From positions 1,736,001 to 1,800,000 of the forward strand of contig CM022678.1 in NCBI GenBank assembly GCA_012295275.1: 64,000 nucleotides of DNA, in the 5' to 3' direction. The notes below the pieces were generated by a model. It made no database searches, had not been told where the DNA came from, and was given only the letters and a program-made list of their open reading frames with translations. The position numbers and the translations under genes were made by a program. Shown here piece by piece: positions 40,617 to 54,631 of the stretch (position 1 is its first letter; each line of letters opens with the position of its first letter). This stretch comes from Chrysomallon squamiferum (lineage: Eukaryota; Animalia; Mollusca).

Positions 40617-42328
40617 GCACATAAACTAACACTAACAATCTGCAACACGAACACAGACACACTTTATTTTATATTTATCAAACACAGCAGAAAATAGATC
40701 TAAAATAACTACTTCAAAAAACAAACATAAAAATATATATAAAAAAAAATAAAATAAAATAAAATAAATAAACGACATTCACTGGTATCATATTCTCGCG
40801 GTGTTTGCTTTCGTTTGTTTTGTGTTGTTGTTGTTGTTTTTTTTTTTTTCATTCTTTGAACGTTTTTCTTCTGTTCCTCGTTAGCAGACATTTTGTTACG
40901 AGTCGCGTTGACCCGCGGTGACCTCGATTTCACTCCAAGTCACCATTTTCTCAAAACACCCCTCATTGTTCGTCAGTTCGCTGTGGACTCCAGTAGACTG
41001 AGTGCTCTGATAAGGAAATCAAGTTACAAACGAAAAAGTTTTATTTTACTTCATCTAGAGAAAACCTAGACAGGTCAGAAGAGTCGAGTATTCCGCCAGC
41101 TGGAATTGACCCGTCGACCTTCAGCGTATCAGTAGATTCATTAATTATACATACAAACCACAGTCAGTGAGTGCACAGAGGTAAACCCACTAGAATGAAT
41201 AAATACATACGTAAAAACATACATACATACATACATATATATATAAATACACACATTATTATACATACATACATATATATAGATATATATATACATACAC
41301 ACATTATATACATACATACATACATACATAAATATATATATACATACACACATTATATACATATATATATATATATAAATACATACATACATAGATATAT
41401 ATATATACATAAATATATTCATACATATATACATACATAGACACATTATGTACGTACATACATACATACATACATACATACATACATACATACATACATA
41501 CATACATAATTATATATATATATATATATATAAATACATACATACATAGATACGTATATACGTACACACATAAATATATTCATACATATATACATACATA
41601 GACACATACATAAATATACATAACAGTCATACATGCATACATACATACATACATACATACATACATACATACATACATACATACATACATACATACATAC
41701 ATACATGCATGCATATATTTATATACGGTGCAAAATCTAATCAGACGTACGTATGACAGAAAATATTCAAAATCTTAAACTACAGACAGACAGACAGACA
41801 GAGATACATCATGCATGCATATGTACATTTTCATATGTATACACACAAAACATAGTACTGGTATAATTTAAAATTAAAATAAATAAATAATATAATGTAA
41901 TAAATAAATAAATATATAAATAAATGATATACTATAAAAAAAAAAAAAAAAATAAGCAAATAAAAAAAAAATAATAAAGAAAAAAAAACAAGAAAGAAAA
42001 TAGAAACTACGATGTAAAAAAAATAAAATAAAAATAAATAATAAATCAATATATAAATAAATAAAAATAAAGTGAACAAATAAATAAATTAACAAATAAA
42101 TAAATAAATTAATTAATTAAATAAATGCACTGATCCAAAATGTTTCTTCGGTAAAATCTGTCATCGAAAATAAAATAGATGTTTAGAGAATATTCCCTGT
42201 AACGCACACACAACACACACAAACACACACAGACACACACACAGCCACACACACAGACACACAGACACACACACACACACACAGACACTCAGATACACAC
42301 ACACGCACACATACACACACACATACAC

Positions 42329-42394
<66 letters not shown>

Positions 42395-43202
42395 ACACAC
42401 AGACAGACACACAGACAGACACACTATCACACAGACCCATCACGCAGACCCACACAGACACACACAGACACACACGCACCCATGCACGCACGCATGCACA
42501 GACACAAGAACACACACAAAGATACATAGTAAAAACAGACATAAATAACATACATACATACATACAAACATACATACATACATACACACACACAGACATA
42601 CACAGACACACAGTCACACACACACACACACACACACACACAACACACACACACACACAGACACACAGAGACACAAACACACATTTGCCCCATCAGCAGT
42701 TCTTTGCTAATCAGGTGATTTTGGCCAACGCCATCAAAAACGAAAAAACAAGAAAGAAAATGAATAATTAATTACTTTTGATAAGAAACACAAAAGCGAT
42801 GACCCGTAGCTGATGTGACGTGACGTAGTCGGCGTGGTTTACATCGTCTGCCGTTGGTTAAAAATACTGAGTTGTTTTTTAAAACTTTGACCGAATTTTT
42901 ATCTACGAACGCGGACAAGCCACTGACGAATCGGTTCCAGCTTTTCTTTCTACGACAGAATTTTCTAGTCAAAGCACGCCAACCTGGGCTTTTCCCTCTC
43001 ACAGCTAAATCATTTATTATTGTTATTATTATTATTATTATTTTTTTATTTTTAATATTGTTGTTGTTGTTGTTGTTGTTGTTATTATTAATATTGTTAT
43101 TGTTGTTGCTATTGTTCTTGATGTTATTATAATTATTATTACTACTAATATTATTATTATTATTATTATTAATACTAATGCTACTACTATTATTTTGTTT
43201 CT

Positions 43203-43248
<46 letters not shown>

Positions 43249-43783
43249 AAGCATATATATCCATACAAATACACATTCAGACGCATACAGAAACATATAT
43301 TTATCTATGTATGCGTGCGTGTATGTGTGTCTCTGTGTGTGTGTGTATATATATATATTTTTTTTTTTTTTATTTTTTACACACACACACACACACACTC
43401 AAGCATATATATCCATATAGATACACATTCAGACACAAACAAAAACGGACACTCATGTACATAATATATATATAAATACTTGAGTGTGTGTGTGTGTGTG
43501 TCTGTGTGTGTGTGTGTGCATGTGTGTAAAAAAGAAACAAATAATATATATATATATATATGTATGTATGTGTCTGTATGTATATATATATATATACATA
43601 CAGACACATACATACATATATGCATAATATTACATACATACATATATACACCTACTTACGTACATATAATGTTAATATTTTACATGTGAAAATACGTACA
43701 TATGCATGCATACAAAGGGAGATAATGCTATTTGTTTTGTTCCGATTACAAATTTACACAAGTAAAACAACAAAGTGGTATAT

Positions 43784-43833
<50 letters not shown>

Positions 43834-43924
43834 CCGTGGGTGGGTGGGTGGGTGGGTGTGTGTGGCATATGTGTATATTCTGTCTCTATGTCCATCTGTA
43901 TGCATATATTTGTGTGTGTATTTG

Positions 43925-43966
<42 letters not shown>

Positions 43967-44070
43967 CAGAGACAGAGATATATATATGTGAGTGTGAGAG
44001 ATGTATGAGAGAGAGAAAGAGAGAAAGTTAGAGAGAGCAAGAGAGACAGAAAGATAGAGAGAGAGAAAAC

Positions 44071-44236
<166 letters not shown>

Positions 44237-44824
44237 TTGCGAATGGTTTTCTCTCTTGTCTTTGCGTACATAAGCACTAACTGAAAGATAATGTAGAGTA
44301 AGAAATGATTTAATAACAAAAAGATTTAAAAAAAAAAATGATAAAAAATAGTAAAAAATAATTTTAAAAAATAGTAAAATTTGTTTTAAAAAAATGCTGA
44401 TTCACGACAGACAGTAAGCACCACACCCTGCTAACCCGGTGTGAATGAACTAATCAAATAATCAGAGATTGGAAAGAGTCTCTTTCGCAAAATTGCTTAA
44501 CGACTTCGGAGACTATACGATTACGCGTTTCTACGAAGATCAAGTTCGGGCTTGTTCTCTGTCATTTCGCTACTCTTCGGAACATTCCGGCTGACAGTCG
44601 AACGTAAATAATCATTTACATTTACACAGATTGATGGGAAAGTTCAAAGATTCAGTAGTATATACGACTGTAAAGAAAAAAAGACCACCCAACCATTCTT
44701 GTCTAATTTTTCACAGAACCTCTCTTAACTCGACTGAAAACCGTGTCGTCACGGTTAATTTACTTTTCCAGCCAGCGCGATTTTGGCATCTTCAGTTTCG
44801 TCTGCTCAAAGAATATCGTCTGCC

Positions 44825-44950
44825 GAGGTGATTACGTCACATAATTGCCGAATGGTCTGGCGACGGCCGCGGTTAATAAATACGGATAAAAAAAACGAGC
44901 ACCGCTAGATATAAAGTGAATGGTCTCGATAGCCAGCAGGCCATCACTAA
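44825..44950 (+). promoter_or_regulatory. TATA promoter of paralogue B
   Basis: TATAAAG at 44910-44916, Inr-like CATCACT ~30 nt downstream, CRE-like TTACGTCAC at 44832-44840. Confidence 0.6.
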
Positions 44951-44965
44951 ATCTGAGAACAAATC

Positions 44966-45002
44966 ATGGAAATCGTATACATAGCTCTGTCCATCTTACT
45001 GT
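44966..45002 (+). CDS. Secreted coiled-coil/dicysteine protein, paralogue B, exon 1 (signal peptide)
   Basis: atcATG GAA ATC GTA TAC ATA GCT CTG TCC ATC TTA CTG T|gtaagt; joined gives MEIVYIALSILLFLSEGSFG-VVTT; phase 1 as in paralogue A; TATA box 56 nt upstream. Confidence 0.8.
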
Positions 45003-45016
45003 GTAAGTAATTTTAT

Positions 45017-45152
<136 letters not shown>

Positions 45153-45473
45153 ATAAACATTTGATGGCGTAAGTTTCACTTTAAGACTCTTTATCTCAGA
45201 TCAACAGGTTTGATGTGTCAGCAGATTTTGCTCATCTTCAACTAATGTTAAAGTCTTTTTAGCCTGTTCCAACCTTCTTTTTTCTTCTTCTGTTTTTACC
45301 TTTTGAAATCTGTCTGTCTGTCTCTCTGTCTGTCTGTCTGTCCTTCTGTCTATCTCTATCTACCTATCTATCTATCTTCCTGTCGTAAGTATTTGTCTAT
45401 CTGTCTGTCTATATATATCTCTCTATCTGTCTGTCTATCTACCTGTCTATCTATCTATCTAGCTATACACCTA

Positions 45474-45530
<57 letters not shown>

Positions 45531-45809
45531 ATTTATATATTTATAATATATATATTTATATATCTGTCTCTCTCTTTATCTATAAAATAGCTATCTGTCT
45601 GTCTATCTATATATTTTTATTTATATATTTATATTATATGTATCTTCAACTATTGTCATTTTTTCCGTTATAATCTTTTTCGCCCGTTCCAACCTTTTTT
45701 CTTCTTCTTTGTTTTTCCTTTAGAAAAAGAAGTAAATGTCAATTTGATTTATTGTTAAATGTAGTTAAAATGTCTGTCTGACTCTCTATCTGTCTATCTA
45801 TCTAGCTAT

Positions 45810-45927
<118 letters not shown>

Positions 45928-45972
45928 TTCTCTAAAATAGCTTATCTATCTAAAATAGCCTATCTGTCTCTC

Positions 45973-46072
<100 letters not shown>

Positions 46073-46674
46073 ATCTCTCTATCTATCTGTCTCTCTCTTT
46101 ATCTATAAAATACCTATATATCTGTCTATCTATATATTTTTGTTTATTTATTTATATTATATACATAATAATAATAATAATAATAATAATAAATGTACAT
46201 GTTTTGTTTTATAAACAAAACAAGCACATCAAAGAAAAAAAAATCTTAAAATCAAATTTACAAATTCCAGATTAAAAAAAAAGGCGAAACCTAGATTCTT
46301 TTGAAGGGGTGAATTTATTTATCATTTAAAATGATATCAGGAATTAGATGGCGCCAACATAAAAGAGTTTTGGCAGCTTATTGTGTATAACAGAATCTGG
46401 CCAATGTTTGATCTGCTGTCTAAATTTTAATATTATTATATTAAAAAGTCGTCTTGTGGGAAATAATTGAAATTTAATGTGTCTTCTTTGCAAACACATT
46501 CAGAGATTTAGAAAATCAAATCTAGAAGATGCAGTCACATGTACATTTGGTGATACGAAGAACATTTTCAAAAATACTCTGCATGTTTTCAAGTCACGTT
46601 ATTTACTAGCGATTCAGTTTTTAATTAATGACAAATAATTGTTACTGATTTGTTCTAGTTTCTAGTAGCAGCAT

Positions 46675-46774
46675 AGATAGATAGACCGATATATAGATAG
46701 ATTAGATAGACAGATAGATAGACAGACAGATAGATAGATAGACAGATAGATAGATAGACAGATAAATAGACAGA

Positions 46775-46810
<36 letters not shown>

Positions 46811-46940
46811 TAGATAGATAGATAGATAGATAGACCGATAGATTATATAGACATATAGATAGATAGATAGACAGATAGATAGATATATAGACAGATAGAT
46901 AGATAGATAGATAGACAGATAGATAGATAGACAGACAGAC

Positions 46941-47026
<86 letters not shown>

Positions 47027-48140
47027 ATAAATAATAAGAGTAACTAATTCAAACTATTAAGTAATTTATTGTTGTTTTCTGCTGACACGTTACTGTTAAA
47101 AGAGATTTTTGACGATACAGTGTAGAATGATTTTCGTTCTTCGACTTTTTAACTGCAAACTTTCCTTATTAACTCACCAAAACCAAGCTTCAGAAGTCAG
47201 ACATTTGCTTAATGACGTCACAGAAGTTTATCCCTTAATTAAATTATTGGTTGCTGTGCATTTGTATTAAAGACACAGAAAAAGTATTACTCATCTGAAA
47301 TCTTCTGATGAAACATATAAACAGTAAATAGTAGTAGTAGTAGTAGTCGTGTTAGAAGTAGCGATAATAGTATGTAGTAGTGGTAGGAGTAATAGTAGTA
47401 ATAGTAGTAGTTGTAATAATTATAGTAGTAATAGTAGTAATAGTTTTTGTAGTAGCAATGGTAGTAGTAGTAGTAGGAGTAGGAGAAGCAGTAGTAGTAG
47501 TAATAATAAAAATAACAGCAGTAGTAGTAGTAAAAAAGCAATAATGGTAGCAGTAGAAGTACCAGTAGTAGTAGTAGTAACAATAATAGTAGTAGAAGCA
47601 ATGGTAGTATTTTAATAGTAACAGTGGAGAACGTAGTAATAACTAACTATCGTAATAACAGTAATAATAGTAGTAGTAGTAGCAGTTGTAGCTGTCGTAG
47701 TAGTAGTAGTGGTAGTAGCAGCAATAATAATAGCAGTAATGTAGTAGTAACTGTAGTAATAGTAGTAGTAGCAGCAGCAGTAGTAGTAGTAACAGCAATA
47801 CTAGTAGTAGTAGTATAGTAGAAGTAGTAATAGTAACAGCAGTACTATAGTAGTAGCTGTAGTAATAGTAATAGTAGCAGCAGTAGTACCAATACTAGTA
47901 ATAGTAATAGTAGCAGTAGTAGTAGCAATACTAGTAGTAGTAGTAGTAGTGGTAGTAGTAGTAGTAATAGTAATAGTAGTAATAGTAATAGTAGTAGTAG
48001 TAGTAGTAGTAGTAGTAGCAATACTAGTAATAGTAATAGTAGCAGTAGTAGTAGCAATACTAGTAGAAGTAGTAGTAGTAGTGGTAGTAGTAGTAGTAGC
48101 AATACTAGTAATAGTAATAGTAGCAGGAGTAGCACCAATG
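46675..48140. repeat. (ATAG)n tract (46675-47023) and (AGT)n-rich tract (47330-48140) in paralogue B intron 1
   Basis: Simple repeats; explain poly-L/V/S/T ORFs. Confidence 0.9.
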
Positions 48141-48190
48141 TAAAACAATAATTTAAAAAAATGAAAAAATTTATTTGTTTGTTTTGACAG

Positions 48191-48290
48191 TTTTGTCGGA
48201 AGGCAGTTTTGGTGTTGTGACGACGACAACAACTACGACTACGACATGTTCGCCTCTCACTCAGTGTTACTGCTGTAGATGGAATACAAG
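48191..48290 (+). CDS. Paralogue B exon 2
   Basis: ttttgacag|(F)LSEGSFGVVTTTTTTTTTCSPLTQCYCCRWNT(R)|gtaaaa; CYCCRW identical to paralogue A; phase 1 to 2. Confidence 0.85.
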
Positions 48291-48846
48291 GTAAAAATAA
48301 ATCATTTATTTCCGACTGTCCGCGTCTCCAGCTGTCTTTCTGTCTGACTGTCCGTCTGTCTGTCTGTCTATTCCACAGTATTTTCTTTCTTCCATTCATC
48401 ATTAATTCTTTCTTTCGTTCGTTCTTTCTTTCTTGCGTACTTTTCTTCCATTCAATGTAGCAAATTATCATAAAAGACTGAGTCTGCATAATCGCAGTTT
48501 GTTCTAAAAGTGATACATTTTTTTGATAGTATTTACATTTAAATGAGGAAAGAGTCAGACAAATTATATCATTTTTATTTGTCATAAACAGATGCGTATC
48601 TGTATGACTGTCTATTGTCCGTCATTTTACTCTCTTTGTCTTCTCCTTTTATCTTTCATCTTTCTTCTTTTGTACATCAGTTAATCCAGTTAATCAGTTA
48701 ATCAGTTAATCGATCTGTCACTTTTGTCTGACAGTTTCTCTGTTATTTATTTATTTATTTATTTACTTATTCGTTTGTTTCTTTATGTATTTAATAATTA
48801 ATTAGTCAGTTAGTTAGTTAGTCTGTTTGTTTGTTTCTGTATTCGT

Positions 48847-48890
<44 letters not shown>

Positions 48891-49059
48891 TAGATCATTT
48901 TATCAGATTTATTTATTTATTCGATTAGTTTTGTTTTTTAGTTAGTTATCAGTTTGTTTGTTTGTTTATTTATTTATTCGTTTTGTCCGTTTGTTTTGTT
49001 TACCTTTGTGTGTTTGTTTTCTGTTTTTTGTTTTAATATTAGTTAGTTAGTGTATTAGT

Positions 49060-49850
49060 TTCTTTACCTGTGTGTTTGTTTACCTGTGTGTTTGTTTGTG
49101 TGTTTGTTTACCTGTGTGTTTGTGTACCTGTGTGTTTGTTTACCTGTGTGTTTGTTTACCTGTGTGTTTGTTTACCTGTGTGTTTGTTTATCTGTGTGTT
49201 TGTTTACCTGTTGTTTGTTTACCTGTGTGTTTGTTTACCTGTGTGTTTGTTTACCTGTGTGTTTGTTTCGGTACAGAGAGGTCACAGTACAGGAGAAGTG
49301 TTTGTTTACCTGTGTGTTTGTTTGTGTTTTTGTTTACCTGTGTTTTGTTTACCTGTGTGTTTGTTTACCTGTGTGTTTGTTTATCTGTGTGTTTGTTTAT
49401 CTGTGTGTTTGTTTACCTGTGTGTTTGTTTACCTGTGTGTTTGTTTATCTGTGTGTTTGTTTATCTGTGTGTTTGTTTGTTTGTTTAATCTTAGTTAGTT
49501 AGTGTATTTGTTTCTTTACCTGTGTGTTTGTTTACCTGTGTGTTTGTTTACCTGTGTGTTTGTTTACCTGTGTGTTTGTTTACCTGTGTGTTTGTTTACC
49601 TGTGTGTTTGTTTATCTGTGTGTTTGTTTACCTGTGTGTTTGTTTATCTGTGTGTTTGTTTACCTGTGTGTTTGTTTACCTGTGTGTTTGTTTACCTGTG
49701 TGTTTGTTTACCTGTGTGTTTGTTTACCTGTGTGTTTGTTTACCTGTGTGTTTGTTTACCTGTGTGTTTGTTTATCTGTGTGTTTGTTTACCTGTGTGTT
49801 TGTTTACCTGTGTGTTTGTTTACCTGTGTGTTTGTTTACCTGTGTGTTTT
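49060..49850. repeat. 16-nt minisatellite (TTTACCTGTGTGTTTG) in paralogue B intron 2
   Basis: Long homogeneous array; explains ORFs at 49070-50325. Confidence 0.92.
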
Positions 49851-49860
49851 TTCGGTGCAG

Positions 49861-49971
49861 GGAGGTCACAGTGCAGGAGAAGTGTTCCAAGCCTCGCTAC
49901 GTCCTCGTGCACAACGAAGTCTGCACTCAGTGGGCGGGACGGAGATGTGCACAGACAGACAGACGTGTGTC
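49861..49971 (+). CDS. Paralogue B exon 3: EMI-like Cys domain core (111 nt)
   Basis: gtgcag|(R)EVTVQEKCSKPRYVLVHNEVCTQWAGRRCAQTDRRV(S)|gtaagt; phase 2 to 2. Confidence 0.88.
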
Positions 49972-50106
49972 GTAAGTACTCACATTTACAACTTTACATT
50001 TTACGTTTACAACCTTACACTTTTACAATTATTTATTTACGTTTTGCGTTTGCAACTTACATTTTTACATTTACAACTTTACATTACAAACTCACTAACG
50101 TTCCCG

Positions 50107-50355
50107 TTTACAACTTCATATTTTATATCTTTACACTTTGCGTTTACGTTACATATTTATATTTATGCCTTAACATTTCACATTTACAACTTCATATTTT
50201 ACATCTTTACACTTTGCGTTTACGTTACATATTTATATTTATGCCTTAACATTTCACATTTACAACTTCATATTTTACATCTTTACACTTTGCGTTTACG
50301 TTACATATTTATATTTATGCCTTAACATTTCACATTTACAACTTCATATTTTACA
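50107..50355. repeat. 76-nt tandem repeat, 3 copies plus partial
   Basis: TTTACAACTTCATATTTTACATCTTTACACTTTGCGTTTACG... starting at 50107, 50183, 50259, 50335. Confidence 0.9.
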
Positions 50356-50806
50356 TTTACAACTTTACATTTTACGTTTACAACCTTACACTTTTACATT
50401 TACACCTTAATATTTCACTTTTACAACTTCATATTTTGCATTTACAGCTTTACATCTTACACTTTTAGTTTTTAAATTCATAACTTATTTATATATTTAA
50501 AAGTTAAGTACACATTTATAACATTACATTTTGTATTTATAACTTGTTAAATTATTAAATTTAAAACGTGTTAGAAATTTGTCCAGAAAAATGTAGTTTT
50601 ACATTTTCTTTGTTTGTTTCAGATTCTTTCTTTCTTTCTGTCATCTTCTGTTTCTTTCTTTCTTTCTTTCTTTATATATATATATATATATATTTCTTCC
50701 TTTATTTTTCAGTCCTCCTTCCTTTGTTTCTTTCTCTTTTCGTTTCTTCCATTTCTTTCTTTCTCTTTCTTTCTCTCTCTCTGACACAGTTTTGTTCTGT
50801 TTTCAG

Positions 50807-52472
50807 ACGAGTCATGGATGGTACGATTGACACGATGTGCACCGTGACGCGTCTGATTCGAGAATGCGCCGAGTGCTGCATCAGCCCCAGCTACCAGGGC
50901 CACGTCACGTGCGTCGTCACCACGACAACCGTCAGCCCGGACGGCAAGGGGGAGGTACCGCCCCCTCCCCAGACGCCACCCGCGGGGATACCCGACCCCC
51001 TGACCTCGTCCGGCGGCTACTACCAGCCCGGCACCGCCTTCACCAGCACCGACGTGGGCGCTCCCGTCTCCGCGTCCACCTCGCTGCAGACCGTGCAGAC
51101 GAGCTCGTGCTGCGTGCTCACGGGACCCTCGCTGCAGCAGTGCTGCGCGAGCCTCACCAGCGCGGCCATTGCCATGGCGGCCTGCTGCGCGAGCCTGGCG
51201 GAGGCCGCCGAGGAGGCGCAGCAGCTGGCGGAGCTGCACACGCAGAGACAAGCCGCGGGCGTCGCTCACCAGCAGGCGACGCTGGAGTCGAGCAGACTGG
51301 CCCGCATGGAGGCGGAGCGGCTGGCGCTGCTCGAGGCGCACCGCAGACTGCAGGAGAAAGCCGAGATCGACAACGCCACGGAGACCGCGCGACGCATGCA
51401 GCTCGAACAGCAGAGGCTGGCGCAGCTCCGAGCGCACGACGCCGCCTTGAAAGCCGCTCAGAGGCAGGCTCAGATGGCCGCGGAGAGGACGGAGACGCTG
51501 AAGCTGGAGCACGCGGAGGAGCTGAGGCGGCAGAAGGAGGTGCTGCAGGCGGCGGAGAGGCAGCTGCAGCTGGCCATGGACAGGAAGACGACGTTGCTGG
51601 CGGAGCAGGCCGCCGCGCTACGAGCCCAGCAGGACCGCATCGACGCCGCGGAGGAGCTGGTGGAACTGGAGAAGCAGAAGATGGCGGAGCTGATCGAGAA
51701 GCACCGCGTGGAGCTGAACCAGGCGATGGGGGAGATCGCCGCCGCGCGCTACCTCGCCCAGGTCGAGGCCGAGAAGAAGTCGAACCTGACCGCGCGGCAC
51801 CAGGAGGCGCTGGAGAGGCAGAAGGCGCACCAGAAGCGCCTGGAGCACGAGGCGAACGTGAAGGCGCTGCAGCTGTCGCAGATCGCGGCCCAGCACCAGG
51901 CGCAGCGCGAGGCGGAGAGGCTGCAGGCGCTGCAGGCGGCGAGGCAGGCGGAGATGGACGCGATGAGGCGGAACCAGACCGTGGCGCAGCTGATGGCGCG
52001 GATCGGCGAGCAGGCGCAGGCGGTGCGTGACGCGGAGATGAAGAAGGAGATGGAGGTGCAGCGGCTGGCGAGTCTCGAGGCGAGTCAGCGCGCGCGCCAG
52101 GCGCAGAAGAAAGTCGCCCAGCTGCAGGCGCAGGCGCTGGTCCCCCAGTCCGTCGTGCAGACGTCGACGAGGACGGAGACGATCTGCGCCACCGGCGGCA
52201 GCTGCCTCATCTCCACGCCGGGCAGTCTGGCGCAGCGACGACGGCTCGAGGCGCAGGTGTCCACGACGTGCTGCTCGACCAGCGGATCGTTGAGGACGGC
52301 GTGCTGCTCCAACATCATCGGCGACACCGCCCCCAGCTGCTGCACGACGGTGACGCAGGACGCGCGGCCCATCCGCTACCCGACCAACGGACGTCCCAGC
52401 TGTTGCACGGTCTCCACGGCGGCACTGACGTCGTGCTGCGTCAGCACGAACTGGCTCGCCGTCTGCTGTTAA
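50807..52472 (+). CDS. Paralogue B exon 4: CC module, coiled coil, two C-terminal CC modules
   Basis: ttttcag acceptor in frame with ORF 50568-52472; RVMDGTIDTMCTVTRLIRECAECC... ends NGRPSCCTVSTAALTSCCVSTNWLAVCC*. Spliced CDS 1914 nt = 637 aa, uninterrupted. Confidence 0.9.
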
Positions 52473-52766
52473 CGTCACGTGACTGCTGATTCCCGCCACG
52501 CTGCTTAGATTAATTTTCGGCGTCTGCTTCTGTCGTCTGATCGACTGATGTAAACGTTTTAGGAACAAATTGTATTCTTTAGATTCTTTTCTTCTTTTTT
52601 TTTTAAGATTTTTTTTTTTTTCTATGCAGCTTAGAAAGCTTTTGTGTGTGTGCGTCACCCCGCCCCAATACGAGTGACCCCACAAATTAGGACATGTATG
52701 TTAGTCAATTAGTCTGTTAGTCTGTTTTTCATATATCTCACATTTACCTATACATTTTTTTCATTT

Positions 52767-52807
<41 letters not shown>

Positions 52808-52812
52808 TATTA

Positions 52813-52814
<2 letters not shown>

Positions 52815-52904
<90 letters not shown>

Positions 52905-52935
52905 GTTATTATTATTATTATTATTGTTATTATTA

Positions 52936-52998
<63 letters not shown>
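52815..52998. repeat. Long (ATT)n microsatellite (similar (AAT)n at 23280-23430, 24350-24423, 54455-54630)
   Basis: Trinucleotide run. Confidence 0.95.
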
Positions 52999-52999
<1 letters not shown>

Positions 53000-53404
53000 C
53001 CAATGGACATTAGTCGACATATTACACATGTATTATGTTCTAGATCAGAAACACGTCCATCCATTCATAGAAATACCTCAGAAGTGATGAATTTGAAGGA
53101 AAAGAATTCTGCACGTACGAATAGGTTACGATGACGTCATTGTACACGGTGACTATTACGTCATATCGATTCTTTGTAACACATCAACTAATTGTATACA
53201 AACTAACAGTATAAATGATTTTAGTCAAACTTTTGTGGGATTTTTGTTTTTTTCATTTATATATCTGTGCGTACATGAGTATGCGTGTGTTTCTTTTTGT
53301 GTACTTGTGTAAAAGATATACTTTCTTTGTCTCCCTCTCTGCCTAACTATATATATTAAGATTCCTTTTTTGTGTATTATATCTTTTTATTTATTTATTT
53401 ATTT

Positions 53405-53474
<70 letters not shown>

Positions 53475-53513
53475 TTTTCTATTATCCCTCTATATTGGAT
53501 ATTTTGTCTTTTT

Positions 53514-53593
<80 letters not shown>

Positions 53594-54164
53594 GTTTTTT
53601 TAGGTATGTGAAAAATACTTTGTTATACAGTAAAGTGCATACAAAAAGCACTCTTGCTGCGGATAAAAAAAGAAAAAAGAAGAAGCCAGCTGAGGATAAC
53701 TTGAGTTTAAAAGTGAAAATAAACCAAAATAAACCAAAATAAAATAAAATAAAATAAACCAAAATAAAATAAACCAAAATAAAATAAAATAAACCAAAAT
53801 AAAATAAAATAAACCAAAATAAAATAAAATAAAACAAAATAAAATCTAAAAAAAATAAAATAATAAATAAAAAATAATACTTATATCTATAAATAAATAA
53901 AGAAACAAAAATAAATAAATAAATAAAAACAAACAAATAAATATATATAAAAAATAATACTTATAGCTAATAAATAAATAAACTAAATAAAATAAAATAA
54001 ACAAATAAATAAACATAAAAAATAATGCTTATAACTAATAAATAAATAATAGAAAATACTAAAATAAAGAAAGAAAAAAATAAAGAAATATAAAACTAAA
54101 ACTTAATAAATAAATAACAGGAAACTCTTAAATAAATAAACTAAGAAACAAAGAAACAAACTCA

Positions 54165-54211
<47 letters not shown>

Positions 54212-54451
54212 ACAAACAAACAAACAAGAAAGGAAGCAGAAAGACACATAATACATTTGATGAGCCGAAGTAAGAGAGAATCAGAATGAAAACACAAACA
54301 ACAACAAATTGACAGATAATAAAATATTTTTATTTTATAAAATGTTTATTTACTGAAATATCTGATGTCTTTGTTTACATCTGACTACGTAAAAAAATAT
54401 TTACACGAACATGAAAATATCAGTATCCATGTTTAAAAAACTTATAGTAAG

Positions 54452-54500
<49 letters not shown>

Positions 54501-54509
54501 TAAAAATAA

Positions 54510-54631
<122 letters not shown>

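Noticed and set aside
52464-52472. Terminal CC as Rab-type geranylgeranylation signal
   Set aside because: Proteins have signal peptides and the CC belongs to a repeated module.
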